A stretch of DNA of 31,921 bases from Candidatus Omnitrophota bacterium (GCA_028713875.1 JAQTNM010000001.1:1-31921); one strand, 5' to 3'. Numbered from the stretch's first letter, positions 17,288 through 26,405 are shown. Notes: a model not told the origin generated them from the letters alone. Made by a program: numbers and translations.

Positions 17288-18010
17288 TTAACTTAATTTC
17301 AAGGCTTCGGATAAAGTAAACCTGCCCTCATACAAAGCCTTGCCTATAATTACTCCGGCTAATCCCTCTTTTTCCAGTTTCTTTAATTTTTTGATATCTT
17401 CGAGCGAAGACACGCCTCCCGAAGCTATCACTGACAGCCCCGTCTTAAGCAATCTCTTGGTGGCCTGTATATTGGGCCCGGATAAAGTGCCGTCCCTGGA
17501 TACATCGGTATAGATCACCTGTTTAAACCCCAGCTCTCTTAATGCGCAGGCAAACTCCAGGGCATCCATATTAGTATCAGCGCATCCCGCCTGCCAGCCT
17601 TTAGTCAGGACCTGCCCGTCTTTAGCATCAATGCTGACGACGATATTATCTTTAAACTTTTTAAATATCCGGCTCAAAAACGCCTCATCCTCTGCAGCCT
17701 TTGTGCCCAGGATAACCCTGGACACACCGCAATCAAGTAGCGTCTTTATGACTTCCTCCGTTCTTATCCCGCCTCCAACCTGAACAGGCGCTCCCGCGGC
17801 CTTGACGATCTCTTTGACCACATCTATATTACCGGGTATGCCGGTATTAGCGCCGTCCAGGTCAACAACATGGATAAGCCTGGCTCCCTGACTTGCCCAG
17901 TGCCGGGATGTCTTGACCGGATCTCTTGAATATACCTTTTTGTCTAACCTGCCCTGGATAAACCTGACCACGCATCCTTCCTGTATATCCACTGCAGGGA
18001 TAATCAACAT
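17288..18010 (-). CDS. hisA: ProFAR isomerase HisA
   Basis: IIPAVDI, IHVVDLDGA, QVGGGIR, YTDVSRDGTLSGPN, IASGGVS. Confidence 0.98.
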   Translation of the reverse strand: MLIIPAVDIQEGCVVRFIQGRLDKKVYSRDPVKTSRHWASQGARLIHVVDLDGANTGIPGNIDVVKEIVKAAGAPVQVGGGIRTEEVIKTLLDCGVSRVILGTKAAEDEAFLSRIFKKFKDNIVVSIDAKDGQVLTKGWQAGCADTNMDALEFACALRELGFKQVIYTDVSRDGTLSGPNIQATKRLLKTGLSVIASGGVSSLEDIKKLKKLEKEGLAGVIIGKALYEGRFTLSEALKLS

Positions 18011-18615
18011 AGCCGGACAAAATTTTTTAACATCTTCAAGCCATTTTCCTGGCTCTTCTCAGGATGGAACTGCGCGCCATAAACATTATCCTGCCAGGCC
18101 ACGCAGGCAAATTGCCTGCCGTATTCGCAACTGGCTGCAGCAACCGATGCCTTAGCCGGATCAGGATAATAGGAATGACAGAAATAAACATAGGATCTGT
18201 TATCTATGTCTTTTAGCAAAGGGCAGTTTTTATTTTTTATTTCCAGTTCATTCCAGCCCATATGAGGCACCTTAAGGCCTTTACTTGCCGAAAACTTCTT
18301 AACTACCCCGCCCAATACCCCTAAACCCTTTACGCCCGGAGCCTCCTGGCTCTCCCGGAATAAAAGCTGCATGCCTAAACAGATACCCAGGAAAGGCTTT
18401 TTTTTCTTTATCTGCCCCTTGATCAACGCGACCAGTCCCTGTTTTTTCAATTCTGACATGGCATCGCCAAAAGCGCCCACCCCGGGCAGGACCAGTTTCT
18501 GCGCATCCTCAATGTCTTTAATCCGGTTAGTAACAATTGCGGTTGCTCCGGCAAGCTCTAATGCCTTCTGCACGCTATGTATATTACCCATGCCGTAATC
18601 AATGATCGCAATCAT
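18004..18615 (-). CDS. hisH: Imidazole glycerol phosphate synthase glutaminase subunit
   Basis: IIDYGMGNI, LPGVGAF, GICLGMQ, PHMGWN, QFHPEKS. Confidence 0.98.
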   Translation of the reverse strand: MIAIIDYGMGNIHSVQKALELAGATAIVTNRIKDIEDAQKLVLPGVGAFGDAMSELKKQGLVALIKGQIKKKKPFLGICLGMQLLFRESQEAPGVKGLGVLGGVVKKFSASKGLKVPHMGWNELEIKNKNCPLLKDIDNRSYVYFCHSYYPDPAKASVAAASCEYGRQFACVAWQDNVYGAQFHPEKSQENGLKMLKNFVRLC

Positions 18616-19230
18616 CTAATCAATGACACCCTTCGTGGAAGGTATACCTTTCCTGCGGGGGTCGATTTGCGTAGCCTGGTCCAGGGCGAGCCCTAAGGCT
18701 TTAAATACCGGCTCCAGCGTCTTATGCACATCTGTGTTGACCGGATCGACTTTTATATTTAAATTCATCCCTAAATGCTTGGCAAGGGAATCAAAAAAAT
18801 GCTCTGCATCGCGAAGATTGTATTCTTCAAAATGTTCTTCTGTTAATTTTTGAGGAATTATAGATCCTGTTTTTATTTTTAATAGAAATGACCCCCTCCC
18901 GCTGATATCCACAACAGCATTAGCCACTACTTCTTCCATCGGCACGCTGGCAGAGCCAAACCTCCTGATGCCTTTTTTATCAGCCAGCGCCTTCTTAAAA
19001 GCCTGACCCAATACGATACCGATATCTTCGTTGGTATGATGCTTGTCGATCTCCAAGTCGCCTTTGCAGGAAATTGCCAGGTCGAAGAGTCCATGAAAGG
19101 CGAATAATTCCAGCATGTGATCTAAAATCCCTATGCCGGTATCAATCCTGGCCTGGCCGCTTCCGTCTATATTCAGCTTAACGGTAATATCCGTTTCTTT
19201 AGTCTTTCTCTTTAGTATGGCTTTTCTCAT
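18616..19230 (-). CDS. hisB: Imidazoleglycerol-phosphate dehydratase (monofunctional; second metal motif divergent)
   Basis: RKTKETDI, DHML, DKHHTNEDIGI, GIRRFG, DISGR, VFKALGLAL, PSTKG. Confidence 0.93.
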   Translation of the reverse strand: MRKAILKRKTKETDITVKLNIDGSGQARIDTGIGILDHMLELFAFHGLFDLAISCKGDLEIDKHHTNEDIGIVLGQAFKKALADKKGIRRFGSASVPMEEVVANAVVDISGRGSFLLKIKTGSIIPQKLTEEHFEEYNLRDAEHFFDSLAKHLGMNLNIKVDPVNTDVHKTLEPVFKALGLALDQATQIDPRRKGIPSTKGVID

Positions 19231-19244
19231 TTTCGTCCTCGCTA

Positions 19245-19279
19245 CCCCTATCTACTGTCTACTGCCTACTATCTACTGT
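19245..19279. repeat. Heptamer tandem repeat (CTACTRN x4) in the hisD-hisB gap
   Basis: cccctat ctactgt ctactgc ctactat ctactgt. Confidence 0.75.
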
Positions 19280-19281
19280 TT

Positions 19282-20505
19282 TTAAAAGCGCGCCTTTAAC
19301 GATTCCAAATGCTTCTCCAGCCCTTCTATCCCGGCGATCTTCTCCAGCGGTTCGCGCATGCGCTCAAGGGATTTTTTGGAATAACTTATTATATGGCTGC
19401 TTTTAATAAAGTCAAGCGTAGATAGCCCCGAAAAGAACCTGGCTGTGCCGCAGGTAGGCAGGACATGGCTTGGCCCCGCAACGTAATCGCCTACTGCCGC
19501 CGGGCTGTAAGGCCCCAGGAATATCGCCCCGGCATTCCTTATGTCTTTAACCAGCCTTTGGGGATTTTTGACCAGGATTTCAAGGTGTTCCGGAGCAATG
19601 CAGTTAGCAATCTCAACAGCCTCTTTAAGATTTCTGGCCAGTATAATAAAGCCGTTTGTGCCTTCTGTTTGTGATTTTATTTCCTTGGCCAGGCTTCTGG
19701 AATTGGTGATCAATATAGCCAGGCCTCCGGCATGCTCTGCCTGGGCCTTCAGATCAGCGATAATGAATTTGGGCTCGCTGTAACGGTTGGCAATGATCAC
19801 CAGTTCGGTGGGCCCGGCGATCATATCTATATCCACATAGCCGAATACCTGCCTTTTTGCCTCACTCACATACATATTGCCCGGTCCGACTATCTTATTT
19901 ACTTTAGGAACGGTCTTGGTCCCGTAAGCCAGGGCAGCGATCCCTTGAGCTCCGCCCACGCGGTAGATCTCGTCCACTTTCAAAAGGTCGGCTATAACCA
20001 GGATGTGCGGATTTATGCGGCCTTCTTTATCGGGCGGGCTGATCAAAGCTATTTTCTTTACCCCCGCTATCCTTGCCGGCAGCACGGTCATATAAACCGA
20101 AGAGACCAAGGGTGCAGTGCCTGCGGGTATATAGACACCTACGCGCTCCAAGGGTGTGTAATTTTCGCCTAAAACCACTCCTTCAGAGTCTTTCATCCTC
20201 CAGGATTTTTTAATGGTCTTACGGTAGAACCTGTTCACATTTTCAATGATCGTCTTTAAGCTGGAAACGAAATTCGGGGTAATATTCTGGTAGGCGCCGC
20301 TGATATCCATCTGCGAGACTTTCAGCTGTTTCGGGGTTAATTTAACGCCGTCAAACTTACGGGTGTATTTTATCAGCGCCTCATCCCCAAGGAGACGGAC
20401 ATCTTCAATGATCTGACGCACTCTTTCCTGCAGGCGCCTTGAACGGATGAACTGGCGGCCGTAGATCTTTTCTAACTGTTTACTGCCCGAACGTATGATT
20501 TTCAT
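19282..20505 (-). CDS. hisD: Histidinol dehydrogenase
   Basis: GVYIPAG, IVGPGNMYV, IDMIAGPTE, QAEH, APEHLE, GDYVAGPSHVLPT. Confidence 0.98.
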   Translation of the reverse strand: MKIIRSGSKQLEKIYGRQFIRSRRLQERVRQIIEDVRLLGDEALIKYTRKFDGVKLTPKQLKVSQMDISGAYQNITPNFVSSLKTIIENVNRFYRKTIKKSWRMKDSEGVVLGENYTPLERVGVYIPAGTAPLVSSVYMTVLPARIAGVKKIALISPPDKEGRINPHILVIADLLKVDEIYRVGGAQGIAALAYGTKTVPKVNKIVGPGNMYVSEAKRQVFGYVDIDMIAGPTELVIIANRYSEPKFIIADLKAQAEHAGGLAILITNSRSLAKEIKSQTEGTNGFIILARNLKEAVEIANCIAPEHLEILVKNPQRLVKDIRNAGAIFLGPYSPAAVGDYVAGPSHVLPTCGTARFFSGLSTLDFIKSSHIISYSKKSLERMREPLEKIAGIEGLEKHLESLKARF

Positions 20506-23180
20506 AGTTTAACTTTGGCAATAATCTCCTTTAATTCTTGCATCGCCTTCTCCAGATTTTCGGGTTTTGTGCCTCCTGCCTGAGCGAAATCTTTCCTGCC
20601 TCCGCCTGAACCACCGATAGTCGGCGCAATCTGACGGGCCAATGCCGTTGCATCCAGCCCCCTAGATACTAAATCCTGCGTAACTGCCACAACTAGATAC
20701 GCCCTATCTTGTTCATTATCCTGCGAACCTAAAGCAACTACCCCCTGCTTTAATCTTTCTTTTACCTTATCCGTCATAAGGCGCAAGGTATTCATATCTA
20801 AACCGGGCTCAAGCGAAAAAGCTACATTTATATCATTTATTTTTACTACTTTGTTTATAAGCCTGGGGATAGCGTCCTTCAGGCTGTTATTAATCTGGAG
20901 TCTATGTTTTTTTTCTTTTTCTTTCAATTCCTTTAACTGTTCCCCTTTTCTGGCTTCTTTGGCTGTTTTCTTCTCTTGATCTTTGATGAACTGTTCCGCA
21001 AAAATTCCAGTTACGCCTTCGATTCTACGGATACCGCTGGATACTGAACTTTCACTAATAATCTTTATCAGGCCTATATTATTAATATTATCTAGATGCG
21101 TCCCGCCGCACAACTCTTTTGAAATATCCCCAATGCCTACGACGCGTACATTTTCACCGTATTTTTCCTCAAAAAAGGCCAACGCTCCGATTTTTTTTGC
21201 CTCTGCCAAAGTCATTTCCTTGAAGTTTACTGCCTCGCCCTTAGAAACATAGCTATTAGCCACTTCTTCAACCCGGGCAATCTCTTCTTTAGATAAACCC
21301 TTAAAATGCGTAAAGTCAAAACGGAACTTCTCCACAGCTACCAAAGAACCCTGTTGTCGTACATGATCACCTAAAACTTTTTTTAAAGCTGCTTGCAATA
21401 TATGCGTGGCTGTATGGTTCTTGGCTATATTAAGCCTGCGTTCACTATTTATCTTGGCTGTTACACTATCACCTTTTTTAAAAGAACCGGAAATAAATTT
21501 GCCGATATGCAGGAAAACATTATCGGCCTTTTTCGTATCCAGGACCTCAAAGACATTTCCGGCATTGATGATTTTGCCGGTGTCGCCGACCTGGCCCCCG
21601 GATTCCGCGTAAAACGGGGTCTGGTCCAGAACAATTTCTAATTTATCCCCGGATAAAACCTCTTTTACCTCCTTGCCGCCCTTTAAAATAGCCAGGATTT
21701 TAGCTTCTGCGGAATTTTTCTCATAACCGATAAATCTTGTCTCATCCAGTTTTAAATCTAACTTCTTGGCGTCAAAGACATCGCCCTTCATCTTACTTTT
21801 TGCTTTGGAGAATTCCCTTAAATTATTAAGTCTGTCTTTCACTTTATCGGCTATAGCGAGGGGGTCATTTTTTAGCCCCCTCTCTTCTATCAAATTAGAA
21901 AAATGGTTAGTAGATATGTCTATGGGTATCCCGTTAGTTTCGTAAAGGCGGACGACCGATATCGCAACAGAGCTAGCCGTATTTGAACTAATATGAATGA
22001 CCCCATCATCACCTTTAGGTTGTGTTTGTAAATCTTCTTCAATGCGCTCCAATGCTGATTTTTCATTACTTTCGAGTATGTCATCACTGCATTCTAAAAT
22101 TTTAATAAAATTACTTTCTTCATTTAAAATAACCAGGGCAATATCCTCCTGCTTATCCTTGAGATCCGGATAAGGGACATGCATAACAAGCGCAACCAAA
22201 GGTACGAGTCTATTCAAAAACGGACTATTAATCCCCAATGCCCTCAAATGCAGCACGCTTTTGCGGATTAATTTACGGATTACGTATCCGCGGCCTTCGT
22301 TAGAAGGCAAGATCCCATCGTATATCGCTAAGGTAATCGCCCGAATATGATCAACTACGGCATAAACCAGGAGTTTATTCTCGCCTTCGTTGTTCTCTAT
22401 AGCAGAGGTAATTTCTTTTATCAATGGCCGGAACAAATCAGTCTCAAAATTATTCTCCGCTCCCTGCATTACCGCAGCCAGCCTCTCAAGGCCCATGCCG
22501 GTATCAATATTCTTCTGCGGCAGGGGCTCCAAAGCCCCTCCTTCTTTACGGTTAAACTGCGTAAAGACCAGGTTCCAGACCTCTACAAACCTTCCGCAAT
22601 CACAGGATGGGTCGCAAACAGCTTCACCGCACCCCAGTTCCTTGCCACGGTCAAAGAATATTTCCGAACAGGGGCCGCAGGGGCCGTTAGGGCCTTTTTG
22701 CTTTGCTTGCGAAGGCCAAAAATTCTCTTTATCCCCCAGCTTCAGTATCTTCTGCGCAGGAAAGCCAGCCTCATCTTTCCATATCTTATAGGCCTCATCG
22801 TCATCCTTGTAGACTGAGACCCAGAGCCTTTCTTTATCAATCTTGAGCTCTTGCGTAAGGAATTCCCAGGCCCAGAGGATCGCTTCCTTTTTGAAATAAT
22901 CCCCGAAGGAGAAATTTCCCAGCATTTCAAAAAAGGTATGGTGGCCGGAGGTTTTACCTACCTTATCCAGGTCATCCGTACGCAGGCAGCGCTGCGCGGT
23001 TGCCGCGCGCCGGTAGTCTGCGACCAGGCCCAAGAATTGTTTTTTGAACTGGTTCATCCCCGCCGGAGTAAACAACACCGTGGGGTCATCCCCGGGCACC
23101 AGAGAATCACTGGCAACTATCTTATGTTTCCTGGCTTTGAAAAACTCTAAAAATTTTTCCCTCAATGCGTCTGCGTTCAT
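20502..23180 (-). CDS. alaS: Alanine--tRNA ligase
   Basis: HHTFFEMLGNFSFGDYFK, EVWNLVFTQF, IDTGMGLER, PSNEGRGY, editing motifs NHTATH and ELCGGTH, C-Ala GGSGGGRKDFAQAGG. Confidence 0.99.
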   Translation of the reverse strand: MNADALREKFLEFFKARKHKIVASDSLVPGDDPTVLFTPAGMNQFKKQFLGLVADYRRAATAQRCLRTDDLDKVGKTSGHHTFFEMLGNFSFGDYFKKEAILWAWEFLTQELKIDKERLWVSVYKDDDEAYKIWKDEAGFPAQKILKLGDKENFWPSQAKQKGPNGPCGPCSEIFFDRGKELGCGEAVCDPSCDCGRFVEVWNLVFTQFNRKEGGALEPLPQKNIDTGMGLERLAAVMQGAENNFETDLFRPLIKEITSAIENNEGENKLLVYAVVDHIRAITLAIYDGILPSNEGRGYVIRKLIRKSVLHLRALGINSPFLNRLVPLVALVMHVPYPDLKDKQEDIALVILNEESNFIKILECSDDILESNEKSALERIEEDLQTQPKGDDGVIHISSNTASSVAISVVRLYETNGIPIDISTNHFSNLIEERGLKNDPLAIADKVKDRLNNLREFSKAKSKMKGDVFDAKKLDLKLDETRFIGYEKNSAEAKILAILKGGKEVKEVLSGDKLEIVLDQTPFYAESGGQVGDTGKIINAGNVFEVLDTKKADNVFLHIGKFISGSFKKGDSVTAKINSERRLNIAKNHTATHILQAALKKVLGDHVRQQGSLVAVEKFRFDFTHFKGLSKEEIARVEEVANSYVSKGEAVNFKEMTLAEAKKIGALAFFEEKYGENVRVVGIGDISKELCGGTHLDNINNIGLIKIISESSVSSGIRRIEGVTGIFAEQFIKDQEKKTAKEARKGEQLKELKEKEKKHRLQINNSLKDAIPRLINKVVKINDINVAFSLEPGLDMNTLRLMTDKVKERLKQGVVALGSQDNEQDRAYLVVAVTQDLVSRGLDATALARQIAPTIGGSGGGRKDFAQAGGTKPENLEKAMQELKEIIAKVKL

Positions 23181-23644
23181 AGTCCGGCTAAGGTATCGCT
23201 GATAATATCTGGGGAGAATCCGCGGCGTAAAAGATAGGAAAAAACCCGGTGTTTTGCTTTCTGCGGCTCAATTCCTTTGAGCCTGGCAAGCCTGCCTGCG
23301 GCGATCTCTGCTACCACTTTTTCTTCCGAATAATCCCGTCTTATGCGATTGACGTTGCTGTCGATTATGCTCTTATCAACGCCCTTTATCCGCAGTTCTT
23401 GCCTGATCCTTCTTAAGCCCAGCGGTTTTTTGAGCCGCGAATCAATCCAGGCCCTGGCAAAATCCGCATCGTTTATAAAAGAGTGTTCTTTCAAAAATGC
23501 GATGGTTTCTTTAATAACGGGCCCCTCAAAATGCTTCTGCTCCAGGCGCCGGGTCAGCTCTTTTGTGCTGCGCTGCCTGAATTTAAGCAAAAGGAAAGCG
23601 TAGTTTTTAGCCTTCTGCAGGGAATCGGATCTGTTTTTACTCAC
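23177..23644 (-). CDS. recX: Regulatory protein RecX
   Basis: LLKFRQRSTKEL, FINDADFA, GLRRIRQELRIKGV, YLLRRGFS. Confidence 0.93.
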   Translation of the reverse strand: MSKNRSDSLQKAKNYAFLLLKFRQRSTKELTRRLEQKHFEGPVIKETIAFLKEHSFINDADFARAWIDSRLKKPLGLRRIRQELRIKGVDKSIIDSNVNRIRRDYSEEKVVAEIAAGRLARLKGIEPQKAKHRVFSYLLRRGFSPDIISDTLAGL

Positions 23645-25166
23645 CAGTCTTTATTAAAAAGTACCCGCGGCTGGTCCTGACCAATGCATTATCTTTCAAG
23701 CCCTTGATCACCCTGTTATAATCGAATAGATTATTTACCTGGTTCTTATTGATATCAAGGATAACGTCTCCGGGCGCCATCCCGGCATCATCAGCAGGGC
23801 TGGCCGGATCAACTTCCACTACCACTACTCCTTTTTTATCTGCGATATCTAAATTCCTGGCTAACTCGGGAGTCAGGTCCTGGACAACTAACCCCCGCCA
23901 CCTCTCGGTGCTCTCTGCTTCCTGGGCCAGCCTATCCAGGTCTTTGGGCCTTTCGCCTACCTGTACCTCTAAAGTGAGCTCTTTTTTATCGCGGGTGATG
24001 ATTATCTTGACACGCTTGCCTACTTCGGTTTTTCCCACAATGCTCAGTAATTCCTGGGTATTATTTACGGGTTTAGCGTCAAATTGTTTGATTATATCCC
24101 TCTCTTTTATGCCGGCCTTCTGCGCAGGGCTGTTTTCCAGAACTTTTGCTACCAGCACCCCGTTCTTATCGGGGAGCCCGAAATACTCTGCCAGGTCTTG
24201 GTTCAGATCCTGCACGGTTATGCCCAGCCACCCGTAAATTATTTTTTTGCCTTCAATAAGCCTGGCCATTATCCTTTTTGCGCTATTAACGGGTATGGCA
24301 AAACCAATACCCTCGTATCCTCCGCTGGTTGAAAATATGGCCACGTTGATCCCCACTACTTCGCCTTTAAGGTTGACCAGAGGCCCTCCTGAATTCCCGG
24401 GGTTTATTGCCGCGTCTGTCTGGATAAGATCGCCATAGTCACGCTTGCGCGAAATGGCTCTTCCTAAAGAACGGTGCAGGGCTCCGATTACGCCTGCGGT
24501 AACGGTCGGCTCAGGGTTCTGCAACGCAAAACCAAAGGGGTTACCTATAGCTACTACCCACTCGCCGATCCTTAAATTATCGGAATCTCCTAAAGCTGCA
24601 ACCGGCAAATTTTGCGCGTTTATCTTAACGATTGCCAGATCTGAACGCTCATCCTGGCCCTTAACCGCTCCTTTAAACTCTCTGCCGTCGGGCAGAGTCA
24701 CGGTTATCTTGTCCGCCTCATCTACGACATGCTGGTTGGTTAAGATATAACCTGCCGGATCAATGATCACTCCTGAGCCAAGGCCAACCTGTTTATATTC
24801 CCTGTCAGGCATCTCCCCGAGGAAATCATTAAAGAACCTTCGTAAAGCATCGTTATCCCCAAACGGAGAGTTGCCGAAAGGATAACTGTAATAGTATATG
24901 CGCCTTCCCTTTAGCTTGGCAGTATGCTCTGAGCTTATGGAAACCACGGCTTTACCGGTGATATTGGCCACGTTAATTATAGCGTCTTGCATGCGCAGGC
25001 CCTCTGAAGGACCAGGCGCAGCAACGGGATTTGAAATCCGATTCTCTTTAGAGGCTGTATTTTGCCCCTGAGACGAAGAAAAAACGCCGGATTTTAAGGA
25101 TATCATAAAACCCAGGAATATCCCTATAACCAAAATAACCACTGAAAGCAATATCTTTTTCTTCAC
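23637..25166 (-). CDS. degP: HtrA/DegP (Do-family) serine protease with two PDZ domains (509 aa)
   Basis: GLGSGVII, TNQHVV, SDLA, IQTDAAINPGNSGGPL, two PDZ repeats and an N-terminal membrane anchor. Start set at GTG 25166 behind an AAAGGGG SD. Confidence 0.93.
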   Translation of the reverse strand: MKKKILLSVVILVIGIFLGFMISLKSGVFSSSQGQNTASKENRISNPVAAPGPSEGLRMQDAIINVANITGKAVVSISSEHTAKLKGRRIYYYSYPFGNSPFGDNDALRRFFNDFLGEMPDREYKQVGLGSGVIIDPAGYILTNQHVVDEADKITVTLPDGREFKGAVKGQDERSDLAIVKINAQNLPVAALGDSDNLRIGEWVVAIGNPFGFALQNPEPTVTAGVIGALHRSLGRAISRKRDYGDLIQTDAAINPGNSGGPLVNLKGEVVGINVAIFSTSGGYEGIGFAIPVNSAKRIMARLIEGKKIIYGWLGITVQDLNQDLAEYFGLPDKNGVLVAKVLENSPAQKAGIKERDIIKQFDAKPVNNTQELLSIVGKTEVGKRVKIIITRDKKELTLEVQVGERPKDLDRLAQEAESTERWRGLVVQDLTPELARNLDIADKKGVVVVEVDPASPADDAGMAPGDVILDINKNQVNNLFDYNRVIKGLKDNALVRTSRGYFLIKTGE

Positions 25167-25179
25167 GGTAAAAACCCCT

Positions 25180-26202
25180 TTAATCTGACAAGATCTTCTT
25201 GCGTACTTCCTTCTCCATGTCATCCTGAAGCTTGGGTTTTTCTTTTAAGAGCTTTATGGCTGCATCGCGACCCTGGCCTATTTTTTCGCCTGCGAAAGCA
25301 AGCCAGGCGCCGGATTTCTCGACCACCCCGGCCACAATTGCGGCATCCAGGATGCTGCCGGTCTTAGCTATGCCCTCATTGTGTAGAATCTCAAACTCCG
25401 CCTCTCTAAAAGGCGGAGCGACTTTATTCTTAACCACCCTGGCTCTTACGCGGTTGCCCACCACCTGCTCCGCGTTTTTTAAGGTAGCGATCTTTCTTAA
25501 ATCCAGGCGCACCGAAGAATAAAATTTAAGCGCCCTTCCGCCCGGGGTGGTTTCAGGAGAGCCAAACATCACGCCGATCTTCTCTCTTATCTGGTTAATG
25601 AAAATAACGCAGGTCCGGGATTTGCTGATGGCTGCGGTAAGTTTACGCAGGGCCTGGGACATAAGCCGCGCCTGCAGGCCGACATGGGCATCGCCCATTT
25701 CGCCTTCAATCTCCGCGCGGGGAGTAAGCGCTGCCACCGAATCTATCACTACTAAATCCACGGCATTGGAACGCACCAGGGTCTCGGCGATCTCCAAAGC
25801 CTGCTCTCCCGTATCCGGCTGGGATATCAGAAGGTCATCTAAATTAACCCCAATGATCTTGGCGTATGTGGAATCAAAGGCATGCTCCGCGTCAATAAAA
25901 GCCGCTACCCCGCCTTTTTTCTGTATTTCCCTGATTACGGTTAATGTAACCGTAGTTTTACCGGATGCCTCCGGACCGAATATCTCAATGACCCTGCCGC
26001 GAGGCATACCGCCTACGCCCAAAGCTAAATCCAGGGTCAGGGCGCCGGTCGGGATGGCTTCCACATTCGCCTTGACGCTTGAGCCCAACTTCATTATTGA
26101 GCCTTTGCCAAACTGTTTTTCTATCTGCGAAAGCGCCAGTTCCAACGCTTTTTGGCGGTCCGCAATATCTTTCGTTTCTTCTTTTTTCTTTTCAACAACC
26201 AT
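25180..26202 (-). CDS. recA: Recombinase RecA
   Basis: [57 protein letters not shown]. Confidence 0.99.
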   Translation of the reverse strand: MVVEKKKEETKDIADRQKALELALSQIEKQFGKGSIMKLGSSVKANVEAIPTGALTLDLALGVGGMPRGRVIEIFGPEASGKTTVTLTVIREIQKKGGVAAFIDAEHAFDSTYAKIIGVNLDDLLISQPDTGEQALEIAETLVRSNAVDLVVIDSVAALTPRAEIEGEMGDAHVGLQARLMSQALRKLTAAISKSRTCVIFINQIREKIGVMFGSPETTPGGRALKFYSSVRLDLRKIATLKNAEQVVGNRVRARVVKNKVAPPFREAEFEILHNEGIAKTGSILDAAIVAGVVEKSGAWLAFAGEKIGQGRDAAIKLLKEKPKLQDDMEKEVRKKILSD

Positions 26203-26232
26203 TACGCCCTCCGATCTTTTTTTAAGGTTCTT

Positions 26233-26261
26233 ATTATAACTTACCTATATATAGCTGTCAA
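26233..26261 (-). promoter_or_regulatory. Consensus sigma70 promoter of recA
   Basis: TTGACA (26261-26256), 17-nt spacer, TATAAT (26238-26233): a perfect match. Confidence 0.9.
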
Positions 26262-26329
26262 ACAAATTAACAATAAAATCATCCCTCCTCTCTGCCGTAA
26301 ATAGACGCAAGCAGGGGGATAATCTAACT

Positions 26330-26378
26330 AAAAATGAAAAGGGGCACTCCCGGCTCAATCGGAAAGGTGCCCCTCTTT
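26330..26378 (-). terminator. Rho-independent terminator after the S74 fibre gene
   Basis: GGGGCAC...CCG-ATTGAGC-CGG...GTGCCCC followed by TTTTCATTTTT on the minus strand. Confidence 0.85.
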
Positions 26379-26405
26379 AAGCTCCTTGGCGTTCCTGCCT
26401 GTTTA

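Noticed and set aside
26203-26300. Known LexA boxes upstream of recA (CTGT-N8-ACAG, GAAC-N4-GTTC, GTTC-N7-GTTC, TGTTC-N4-GAACA)
   Set aside because: None matches by eye.
26281-26320. Weak hairpin ATCCCT...CTGC/GCAG...GGGGAT upstream of the recA -35 box
   Set aside because: Short interrupted stems, no U tract and no second copy in the window.
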